A stretch of DNA of 24,000 nt from Methanocorpusculum sp. Its GTDB lineage: Archaea > Halobacteriota > Methanomicrobia > Methanomicrobiales > Methanocorpusculaceae. Where the stretch lies: assembly GCA_017387505.1 (NCBI GenBank), contig JAFOFB010000015.1, positions 139,469 to 163,468 of the forward strand. Reading direction: 5' to 3'. Positions 1-7,450 of this stretch are shown in pieces; position 1 is the stretch's first letter, and each line of letters opens with the position of its first letter. The translations under genes and the position numbers were made by a program. A model generated the notes under the pieces. The model had not been told where the DNA came from. It saw only the letters and a list, made by a program, of their open reading frames with translations, and searched no databases.

Positions 1-602
1 ATACTACTTTAGATGACATTCTTCTTCTCGGAAAAGCAACAGGCGCAGATGACGAGGCAGAAGCTCTTCTCTCTTCGATGAAGGAAGACCTTGCAGAGAT
101 TGCAGAAAAAACAAGTGCTGAAGAAAAGCCTACTATCCTTCACTGCATGTGGACTGACCCGCTTTGGGTTTCAGGAAGCGGAACATTCCAGGATGAAATG
201 ATTACTGCCGCAGGCGGAGTTAATGCCGCAGCAGATGAAGGCGGGTGGGTTGCGCTTACGATGGAAAAATTCCTGACAATGAATCCTGATATTATTGTGG
301 TCGATTCAGGAAACGGAATGGGTGTTGGTGCAGATGATGCTCTGCGTGATTTCTTCTTAAAAGACCCGCGTATGCAGTCTTTATCTGCAGTTCAGAATGA
401 ACGTGTCTATGTTGTAAATGCTGACATCATCGACAGAGGAGGTCCGCGTATTGTAGAAGGCGTTGAAGCTCTCGCAGAAATTGCTCACCCTGATATCTTC
501 GGCGAGTATGGCGGAAATACCAATTCTGCAAAGTCTCCGGGATTCAGCGTTCTTGGAGTTCTGGCAGGACTTGGTGCAGTTATCACTCTTAGAAGAAAAT
601 AA
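1..602 (+). CDS. ABC-transporter solute-binding protein, BtuF/FecB (Fe3+-siderophore/cobalamin, Peripla_BP_2-like) family, 5'-truncated by the window edge, with C-terminal PGF-CTERM sorting signal
   Basis: Frame 3 is open from nt 3 (TTLDDILLLGKATGADDEAEALLSS then MKEDL...), so the gene begins upstream of the window. The C-terminal half fits the family pattern (MNPDIIVVDSG, AVQNERVYVVNADIIDRGGPRIVEGVEALAEIAHP). The last residues are PGFSVLGVLAGLGAVITLRRK. A T6 run follows the stop. Confidence 0.7.
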   Translation, partial: TTLDDILLLGKATGADDEAEALLSSMKEDLAEIAEKTSAEEKPTILHCMWTDPLWVSGSGTFQDEMITAAGGVNAAADEGGWVALTMEKFLTMNPDIIVVDSGNGMGVGADDALRDFFLKDPRMQSLSAVQNERVYVVNADIIDRGGPRIVEGVEALAEIAHPDIFGEYGGNTNSAKSPGFSVLGVLAGLGAVITLRRK

Positions 603-610
603 CATCCCTC

Positions 611-616
611 TTTTTT
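611..616 (+). terminator. Oligo-T tract after the binding-protein gene
   Basis: CTCTTTTTTC begins 7 nt after the stop codon. Archaeal intrinsic termination uses oligo-T. Confidence 0.4.
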
Positions 617-660
617 CACGTAAACTCTTTCACCTCTCAAAATCATACATATATTCACTA

Positions 661-1521
661 ATGACAATCTCCGCCGAAGATATCAAAAATCTCCATAAAT
701 ATGAAGTCCGCATTCTAAAAGCCTTAGAGCGGATGATGAGAAGGTACCGCTGGGTTCCGGAAGATGACTTAAAAGCTGCAGTCCACTTATCGGATTCGGA
801 ACTTAAATTCCGCTTGGGAAATCTCATCCACAAAGATTTAGTTCGCTCTGATTCAGTTCCGTACAAGGGATATGCTCTTGTATTTGCAGGATATGATGCT
901 TTAGCTCTTTCGGCTCTTGCAGACAAAGGAAGCATCACCGCTCTTGGAGCACACATTGGTGTTGGAAAGGAATCCGAGATTTACGAAGCGCTCGGATTCG
1001 GTGTTGTTGTGTTAAAGCTCCACAAAATCGGTCAGCGTTCATTCAATACAGTCAGAACCAACCGCGAATACATGCCGGAAGGCGGCCACTGCCCGTGGAT
1101 TTTTGCATCCGCAAAATCCGCAGAACGCGAGTTTGAAGCACTTCAGGCATTAAACGGCAAGGTAAGTGTGCCTGTCCCAATCGACATCAACCGCCATACA
1201 ATTGTGATGTCATTTGTTCCGGGAGTTAACTTAAACCGCTGTACTTTAGAAAATCCTGAGGCAACATGGGACGAAATTATTTCTCAGCTTAAAATCGCAT
1301 ACGGTCTTGGATACATTCACGGAGATTTATCCGAGTACAACATCATGATTTCTGATGACTCTCTCTGGATTATCGACTGGCCTCAGTGGGTAACTCCGGG
1401 ACATAGGAATGCTGATGCAACTCTTCTTCATGATCTGGAGACTGTTGCTGAGTTCTTCCGCAAGAAGTATCAGATTGAGCCGGATGTAGAGGCCGCTGTT
1501 TCGTTCATCAAATCCGCATGA
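661..1521 (+). CDS. rio2: Rio2-type atypical serine protein kinase (N-terminal winged helix plus RIO domain)
   Basis: ORF-track ORF 463..1521 overlaps the upstream gene. There is no ATG/GTG/TTG in frame between that gene's stop (602) and ATG 661. N-terminal wHTH-like KYEVRILKALERMMRRYRWVPEDDL, then RIO core motifs IGVGKESEIYEA, VLKLHK, YIHGDLSEYNIMI, IIDWPQ. Confidence 0.85.
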   Translation: MTISAEDIKNLHKYEVRILKALERMMRRYRWVPEDDLKAAVHLSDSELKFRLGNLIHKDLVRSDSVPYKGYALVFAGYDALALSALADKGSITALGAHIGVGKESEIYEALGFGVVVLKLHKIGQRSFNTVRTNREYMPEGGHCPWIFASAKSAEREFEALQALNGKVSVPVPIDINRHTIVMSFVPGVNLNRCTLENPEATWDEIISQLKIAYGLGYIHGDLSEYNIMISDDSLWIIDWPQWVTPGHRNADATLLHDLETVAEFFRKKYQIEPDVEAAVSFIKSA

Positions 1522-3728
1522 CAACCGTTTTTGGTATCGACATCCAGAAGGGAAACATCAGAAGCCAGAGCGTTGCTCCACGCTTCTGTCTTGTAAGAGT
1601 AGAGGACGGCAAAGTAATCTCTGAAGAGAAAGGAGTGTCGATTCCAAAACTCTTCCGTCTGCTTCGAGCAGAACGTCCTGATATTTTAGCGGTTGATTCC
1701 GTGCAGGAAATAGCGCCATCCGATAAAGAACTCTTTTCTTTTCTTTCCGCTATGCCTGCTGAGACAAAACTTGTGCAGGTCACAGGTGACGGAATCAAAA
1801 TGGAATCTCTGCCGGCAGTTGCCGCACGATACAATCTGAAATTTGACAAAACAAATCCGGCAGAAGAAGCAAAAGCCTCAGCGCTTGTTGCCTCCTTCGG
1901 CGGAGGGTATGAGGTTGTGGCTTTCGAAGGGGTAACTACTGTTACTATTTCACGCGGCCGTTCTCTTGGACGCGGAGGCTGGAGTCAGAATCGATACGTC
2001 AGGAAAGTTCACGGAGGAGTTAAAACACGCGCCCGCGAGATTGAAGCAAAGCTTGCAGAGGCAGGTCTTTCATATACAGTAGAATCCAGACGTGCTTTCG
2101 GCGGAGAAAGCCGGACGATTATTTCGGTTCGAGCCCCAAGAGCGGAAGTTCCTGTGGCCGGAATGAAATCCGGGGATATTCAGGTTCATGTAATCCCGAA
2201 GCGAAAGGACAAGATAAGCTATCTTCCGCTTACCAAAAAAACATCGTATGTAATTGTGGGACTTGATCCCGGAACCACTGTCGGTCTTTCCATTCTTGAC
2301 CTGAATGGAAACCTTCTCCACACAGCAAGTGTTCGAGCTCAGTCTCCTGCAGAAGTAATCGCTGAAATTTCACGGATTGGAAAGCCGGTTGTTGTTGCAA
2401 CGGACAAAGCCGAGATGCCGGCAGGTGTTGAAAAAATCCGCCGTGCCTTTGCGGCTGTACCTTGGACTCCGAAAAAAGATATTCTGATTAAGGAAAAATA
2501 TGCCGCGGCTGAAGGATACGAGTTTGCAGACGATCATCAGAGAGATTCTCTTGCAGCAGCAGTTCTGGCATTTCGCAGTTTCCAGCCGAAGTTTGAGAAT
2601 CTGAAAAAGCGTCTGCCTGCCGGAACAGACATCGATTTTGTAAGAGCCGGGATTATTCGAGGCAAAACACTTGACAAGATATTGTCCGTTCCGGTAATTC
2701 AGGATGAAGAAGTTCCGGAAGCAGAGGTGGAAGTTTTCGCAGACGAAAAGGATTTGGAGATTGCCCGCCTTGAAGGCGAGGTTGCAAAACTGCGTAAACT
2801 TATTCGAGGTTTATCTGAGGATTTAGAGGCAAAAGACAAGGCTGTGAAAAAACTTCAGAGAAGGCTTTCTCTTGAGAGAAACGAAAGAACTGCTGATGTT
2901 CTTTTGTCTGAGGAAATTACTTCCCGCGACCTAGAACTTGCTCAGACCAAAAAGGCTCTTCGAAAAGAGGAACGCAGAAACAAAACTCTGCGTACCAGAA
3001 TTGATAGGATGAAAAATTATGTGGCTCTTCAGGCAGGAGATGGGTGTCTTGCGATAAAAGTCATGGAGCTATTATCACGTGATGCAGTAAAAAGTGTTGA
3101 CGAAGAGATGGGAGTAAATGACGGAGACATTCTCTATGTCTTAAAAATTGACGGATGGGGAAAGTCTGTTATTCGTGACCTTTCTGATGCAAAGATTAAG
3201 GCTGTCATTTTCCCGAAACTCACATACGACAGAGCACGCGAACAGCACTTAATCGAAGAGTTTAGAAAAATAAATCTCCCGGCACTCTCAGGAGTGAACC
3301 TCTCACCACGCGTTAAAGGAAAGATTGGTGTTGTAAACGAGGCCGCATTCACAAGAGCTCTTTCTGAGTGGGATACAGCAGAGGAGGTTTTCCTAAAAGA
3401 ACGCCGTCAGGAAGAGTTTTCAGGAATGGTTGAAGAGTATCAGGTACAGCGCCGCCGCGAAGTAAATGTTCTTGGAATTGACCCGACAACCCTTCCATAT
3501 AATCAGCCTGCGGTTGAAGTACCTCAGAAACCAAAAGTAAAACCTGCTCCGGTCAAGGAAGCTCCAAAGCCGAAGCCAAAACCGATTCAGCAAAAGATTA
3601 CTGTTCCAGAAAAACCGAAGAAGGTTGTACAGAAAGAAGAGCCGAAGACTGAAGATATCTTCAGTGCGGTTCTTCAGGCATACAGAAAAGAACGTAAGAA
3701 AGAGATGGAGAAGACCGAAAATGGATGA
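1518..3728 (+). CDS. Conserved archaeal protein of the DUF460 / COG2433 type (two RNase H-fold-like modules, coiled coil, Lys/Pro-rich tail); function unknown
   Basis: 736-aa ORF. ATG 1518 overlaps the rio2 stop (ATGA). Module 1 is VFGIDIQ...ILAVDS. Module 2 is YVIVGLDPGTTVGLSILD...VVATDK...DDHQRDSLAAA. A charged heptad-like region spans about aa 400-500. Tail is PQKPKVKPAPVKEAPKPKPKP... Family assignment is from memory of the motif pattern, not from a search. Confidence 0.7.
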   Translation: MTTVFGIDIQKGNIRSQSVAPRFCLVRVEDGKVISEEKGVSIPKLFRLLRAERPDILAVDSVQEIAPSDKELFSFLSAMPAETKLVQVTGDGIKMESLPAVAARYNLKFDKTNPAEEAKASALVASFGGGYEVVAFEGVTTVTISRGRSLGRGGWSQNRYVRKVHGGVKTRAREIEAKLAEAGLSYTVESRRAFGGESRTIISVRAPRAEVPVAGMKSGDIQVHVIPKRKDKISYLPLTKKTSYVIVGLDPGTTVGLSILDLNGNLLHTASVRAQSPAEVIAEISRIGKPVVVATDKAEMPAGVEKIRRAFAAVPWTPKKDILIKEKYAAAEGYEFADDHQRDSLAAAVLAFRSFQPKFENLKKRLPAGTDIDFVRAGIIRGKTLDKILSVPVIQDEEVPEAEVEVFADEKDLEIARLEGEVAKLRKLIRGLSEDLEAKDKAVKKLQRRLSLERNERTADVLLSEEITSRDLELAQTKKALRKEERRNKTLRTRIDRMKNYVALQAGDGCLAIKVMELLSRDAVKSVDEEMGVNDGDILYVLKIDGWGKSVIRDLSDAKIKAVIFPKLTYDRAREQHLIEEFRKINLPALSGVNLSPRVKGKIGVVNEAAFTRALSEWDTAEEVFLKERRQEEFSGMVEEYQVQRRREVNVLGIDPTTLPYNQPAVEVPQKPKVKPAPVKEAPKPKPKPIQQKITVPEKPKKVVQKEEPKTEDIFSAVLQAYRKERKKEMEKTENG

Positions 3729-4587
3729 CCGAAAACTGCTTGATACAATCCGCCCTTTAATTGGCGAGGCTGAAACAGCAGACGACTGCTCAATGTTTGA
3801 TTTAGGAGATGGGAGAATTCTTGTCTCAAGTACAGACATGCTCCACGAAACAACCGACTTTCCAAAAGGAATGACCGAGTTTGAGATGGGCTGGATGAGT
3901 GTTGCTGTCACTTTATCAGACATTGCATCAACAGGTGCTGCACCATCTCAGGTCTTGGTTGCTGTAGGTCTCGACAATCCTGAAAGGCTCTATCCGTTTA
4001 TGGAAGGGGCTGTCTACTGTGCTGAAAAGTTCGGCACCAAAGTTGCAGGCGGAGATATCGACTCTCACAAAGAACTGACTGCTGTAACAACAGCATTCGG
4101 AATCGTTGACAAATCTGTTTACTGCAGAAGAAGCGGGGCTTTTGTTGGAGATGCTGTATGTGTTACAGGAATTCCTGGAAGAGCTCAGGCGGCACTTGAT
4201 GGCCGAGAGGAGTTTAGAGAGTTCCTTCTAACTCCAACTCCGCAGGTCTCATCCGGTCAGAAAATTGCTCACGCGGGTGCTTCATCTATGATGGATGTAT
4301 CAGATGGTGTTGTTATTTCTCTCTATGATATCGCTGATGCATCGTCTGTTGGAATTGTTCTTGACGGCAAGTCATTCCCCCTCTTCGAGGAAAGCGAGTA
4401 TGCAAAGACCTGCTTCCTCTACGGGGGTGGAGATTTTGGTCTGCTTTTTACTGCATCAGATGCAGTTATTGAAAAGCTTGACATTAATTACACTGTAATT
4501 GGTCGTGTTGTAGAGGGTAATTCTGTAATTCTTGACGGAGTTGTTCTTCCAAGAAAAGGTTACGCCCATGTTTGGGGCGATGCCTAA
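3721..4587 (+). CDS. thiL: Thiamine-monophosphate kinase (AIR synthase-related / PurM-like fold)
   Basis: ATG 3721 overlaps the upstream stop by 8 nt; the ORF-track start at 3625 lies inside the DUF460 gene. Motifs DDCSMFDLGDGRILVSSTDMLHETTDFP, AGGDIDSHKELT and MMDVSDG, together with a length of 288 aa, fit ThiL better than PurM, HypE or SelD. Confidence 0.75.
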   Translation: MDDRKLLDTIRPLIGEAETADDCSMFDLGDGRILVSSTDMLHETTDFPKGMTEFEMGWMSVAVTLSDIASTGAAPSQVLVAVGLDNPERLYPFMEGAVYCAEKFGTKVAGGDIDSHKELTAVTTAFGIVDKSVYCRRSGAFVGDAVCVTGIPGRAQAALDGREEFREFLLTPTPQVSSGQKIAHAGASSMMDVSDGVVISLYDIADASSVGIVLDGKSFPLFEESEYAKTCFLYGGGDFGLLFTASDAVIEKLDINYTVIGRVVEGNSVILDGVVLPRKGYAHVWGDA

Positions 4588-6050
4588 ACGATTCCAAGGG
4601 ATGAAAACACAGCAGTTCCAGCCGCAAACATAATGCAGGCGTGTTTAACTCCTGCAAAAACCGACTCTTCTGCGAGTTTTCCTGCTGCAAGACCTGAACA
4701 TATGCCGTGAATCAGGACTGCATTTACAAGAAGCGTCTCGTAGATTTCAGTTGGAACGGCTGTTACAGACATCGCTTCAAGAAAAACTGTCAGTATCACA
4801 ACAGTTACGAATAGAAACACGAAGTATGCGAGGTACATAATAACTGTGTACATCGACATCGAGTTTCTTCGATTCTCTGACGCCAGAAATCTCATTTTCT
4901 CTTCGGATGCAGTAAGGCTTAGCATATCTGATGCATCTGATGAAAACCGTCCGCTTTCTTTTATCAGAACAACTATTCTGTTGACAGAACTAAGTCTCAT
5001 TCTGTTTGCAAATCTGATAAGGGCTGAAACTGCAGTTTCACCCCAGATAATTTCAGATGACGCTCTTTTTAGTTCACGCTTGAGGCTTCCTGTCTCATCA
5101 TCTGCTGAAAGACACACTGCATCAGCGAGTGTCATACCCTGAGAAATAGATTCTGCTAGCCTCCTGCAAAAATTAGGGATGGAAGCCTCCGCTTTTCTCT
5201 GCCGTGCTGTCTGTATGGTATGGAAAACTGCAAACGGTACAAAGACTGTCATAAGAAACACTGCTGTCCAGAGGTACGGACTTTCCGTGATTGGAAGACT
5301 AAACAGAATTCCTGCAGGAAGACTGATAAAGAATATCCTCTCCGGATATTCCATAAAATACGAAAGCGGGTTTTCGAAAACTGCATTCCTTTCCAGTCTT
5401 TTTTCATATGACTTAAGGGATGCAAACTGCTCTTCTTCACCCTCAACATGTACGGCAGTACTTCCGGCAAATACTTTCAGCTCTGGAAAATTTCTGTGCG
5501 GAATTGAAACAGTGTTGTCCATACTGTCTAGCAGAATCAGATATGCGACAGCTCCGAGCGGAAGCACTGCGTATATGACAGCTGAAAGACCAACTGTGTC
5601 TGCTGAGGAAATAATTCCAAGAACCATCCCCGCGGTTACTGCAAACAATGGTCCTGCGACAAAAAGTGTCAGATATATTTCTGCAAAGACACCGAGAGAC
5701 GAAAGATACTTTTCCTGCAAAATACGCTGTTCCTCTCTCATGGTATTTACCATGTCTTCCAGATAGGGGACTGCGTTTCCTGTTGTTCGAACCGCTGCCG
5801 CATATCCTGCGGCAAACCGTCTGAGTTTTTTTGATGGAGTATCCAATGAAAGCAAAGCATCATGGATTCCAACTCCAAGCTCTGTGTCAGAAATCACCTG
5901 TGAGAACTCTCTTGCGGCATCTCCAAAGTATTCAGAATTCTCTGAAAGAGATTTTACTGCTTCGTACTGTGAGGCCCCGCTTTTGTGGAGGATGTAGAGA
6001 TACTGCACAGCATCGAAAAGGGTGGCGTCAATTCTTCGCTTCGATCTCAT
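4584..6050 (-). CDS. Type II/IV secretion system F-family membrane platform protein (FlaJ/TadC-like)
   Basis: 488 aa with several hydrophobic helices separated by soluble helical T2SSF-like segments. It starts 1 nt after the stop of the upstream secretion ATPase, the typical ATPase-platform pairing. Confidence 0.75.
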   Translation of the reverse strand: MRSKRRIDATLFDAVQYLYILHKSGASQYEAVKSLSENSEYFGDAAREFSQVISDTELGVGIHDALLSLDTPSKKLRRFAAGYAAAVRTTGNAVPYLEDMVNTMREEQRILQEKYLSSLGVFAEIYLTLFVAGPLFAVTAGMVLGIISSADTVGLSAVIYAVLPLGAVAYLILLDSMDNTVSIPHRNFPELKVFAGSTAVHVEGEEEQFASLKSYEKRLERNAVFENPLSYFMEYPERIFFISLPAGILFSLPITESPYLWTAVFLMTVFVPFAVFHTIQTARQRKAEASIPNFCRRLAESISQGMTLADAVCLSADDETGSLKRELKRASSEIIWGETAVSALIRFANRMRLSSVNRIVVLIKESGRFSSDASDMLSLTASEEKMRFLASENRRNSMSMYTVIMYLAYFVFLFVTVVILTVFLEAMSVTAVPTEIYETLLVNAVLIHGICSGLAAGKLAEESVFAGVKHACIMFAAGTAVFSSLGIV

Positions 6051-6051
6051 C

Positions 6052-7050
6052 TTATTCTCCCGTCATGTATTCGGAAATTACGGAAGATACTGTCTGGAAA
6101 TCTGAGATTCCTGCTTCAACCATATCCAGAAGAAGTTTCCTTCTTCTTTCTGCTTCTGCCTCGAACTCGTCTTTTGTCATTCCGGTATGTGACAGAATAT
6201 CATAATAGACTTCTGAAAAACCTGAGAACACTGCGTTGTCATCTTTTTCGACGTAGCTGAACACCTTGTTTGTATTCAGTTCGATTCCATCTGAAATTTC
6301 CTCGATATCTGTGATGCGTCTAATCTGCTCTCCGTCTTTTACAATTCTTTTCTGGGTTAGAATGATGTCAAGCGATGAAATCATCGCACGAGGGACTGAA
6401 AGCGGCGGATTTTCCAGACGGTTAATCGCATTTCTTAGATTTCCTGCATGGAAGGTGGAAAGCGAAGTGTGACCTGTATTTATCGCCTGGAAAAGAGCTG
6501 ATGTCTCTTTTCCTCTGACTTCACCCACAATCAGATACTCAGGCCGCTGCCTCATAGCTGCTGTTACCAAATCGAAGAGTGTGATGTTCTCTCTGCTTCT
6601 TCCAGGTGGAACTACGGATGGAAGCCAGTTTCCGTGACACAACATCAGTTCCTGTGTGTCTTCGAGGGTTACAATTTTTGAAAGCGGCGGGATAAACTGA
6701 GATAGTGCATTCAGTGTGGTTGTTTTTCCAGAAGCCGTTCCTCCGATGATAAGGATTGAGTGATTGTACTCAACGGCAAACCAGAGATACACCATCTCGT
6801 CTACTGTGAATGTGCGGTTTTGTATGAGGTCGATTACAGAGTATGGAACTTCTTTGAATTTGCGTATTGTAAATGACGTACCTCTGGCTGATATAGAAGA
6901 GCCGTATGTTATCTGAATCCGGGAGCCTCCCGGAAGTGTTCCGTCGATAATCGGACTTGATAATGAAATTTGCTTTCCTGCTTTCTGTGCGAAAAGAGTT
7001 ACTGCGTTGTCGAGTTCATCTTCGGATTCAAAGAAGATGTCTGTTTCCAT
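6052..7050 (-). CDS. Type II/IV secretion system ATPase (FlaI/TadA/VirB11-like). Coordinates run from the first available start; the homologous reading frame continues upstream to 7365.
   Basis: Walker A GGTASGKTTTLNAL, Walker B/Asp box EYLIVGEVRG, His box GHTSLSTFHAG. The frame is open upstream to 7365 and encodes ...GWGKLEVLRLDKNIEDISCVGINYPIYIYHRKY..., typical of the N-terminal domain of this family, but it holds no ATG/GTG/TTG (see findings). Confidence 0.8.
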   Translation of the reverse strand: METDIFFESEDELDNAVTLFAQKAGKQISLSSPIIDGTLPGGSRIQITYGSSISARGTSFTIRKFKEVPYSVIDLIQNRTFTVDEMVYLWFAVEYNHSILIIGGTASGKTTTLNALSQFIPPLSKIVTLEDTQELMLCHGNWLPSVVPPGRSRENITLFDLVTAAMRQRPEYLIVGEVRGKETSALFQAINTGHTSLSTFHAGNLRNAINRLENPPLSVPRAMISSLDIILTQKRIVKDGEQIRRITDIEEISDGIELNTNKVFSYVEKDDNAVFSGFSEVYYDILSHTGMTKDEFEAEAERRRKLLLDMVEAGISDFQTVSSVISEYMTGE

Positions 7051-7450
7051 GTCGCGGTATTTTCTGTGGTAGATGTATATTGGATAATTTATTCCAACGC
7101 ACGAGATATCTTCGATATTTTTGTCGAGCCGAAGAACCTCGAGCTTGCCCCATCCAAAGACAGTTGTCTCAAGATAGTGTCTGATTTTATCACGTGTTGT
7201 ATCAGTTACTTTGTGTTTTGTAAGAATCCTGTCTGCTGTTTTGAACAGCTCCTCTTTTGTTTTTTCAGCATTGTTTTTTGCGAGGATGTTTCTGCATTCC
7301 TTGAGAGTTGTTTTTAAGAGTTCTTTTTCGAATGGGGTGAGTTTTGGCTCTATTACATGTATAGTTTACGTCTGTAAAAATCTCTGATGTCCTATTCATT
7401 TCCTTTATCTTTTCTCACCGCAAATAGTAATCTGCGGAAGAGAGAAAGAT

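Noticed and set aside
463-660. N-terminal extensions in the ORF track: rio2 (463-660), thiL (3625-3720), tfrB (9028-9075), ubiB-like (21899-21988)
   Set aside because: The extensions overlap the preceding gene or encode non-homologous sequence. Internal ATGs give canonical family N-termini and classic ATGA / short-overlap junctions.
3420-3923. 167-aa minus-strand ORF across the DUF460/thiL junction
   Set aside because: It arises from the stop-poor complement of the Lys/Pro-rich coding tail. It has no motifs and overlaps two supported genes.
5179-5766. 195-aa plus-strand ORF and neighbouring ORFs (4846..5142, 5831..6205, 5985..6260) opposite the T2SF-like gene
   Set aside because: Antisense shadows of a well-supported membrane-protein gene with no domain-like motifs.
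7366-7399. Read-through or recoding of the in-frame TAA (7368-7366) to extend the secretion ATPase further upstream
   Set aside because: Another stop (TGA, 7398-7396) lies 10 codons further up in the same frame with no start codon between. TAA recoding is not known in this context. An indel or non-canonical start is the simpler explanation.
7419-7438. Hairpin CCGCA-N10-TGCGG just upstream of the tfrA start
   Set aside because: A 5-bp stem with a 10-nt loop is at chance level, and there is no supporting conservation information.
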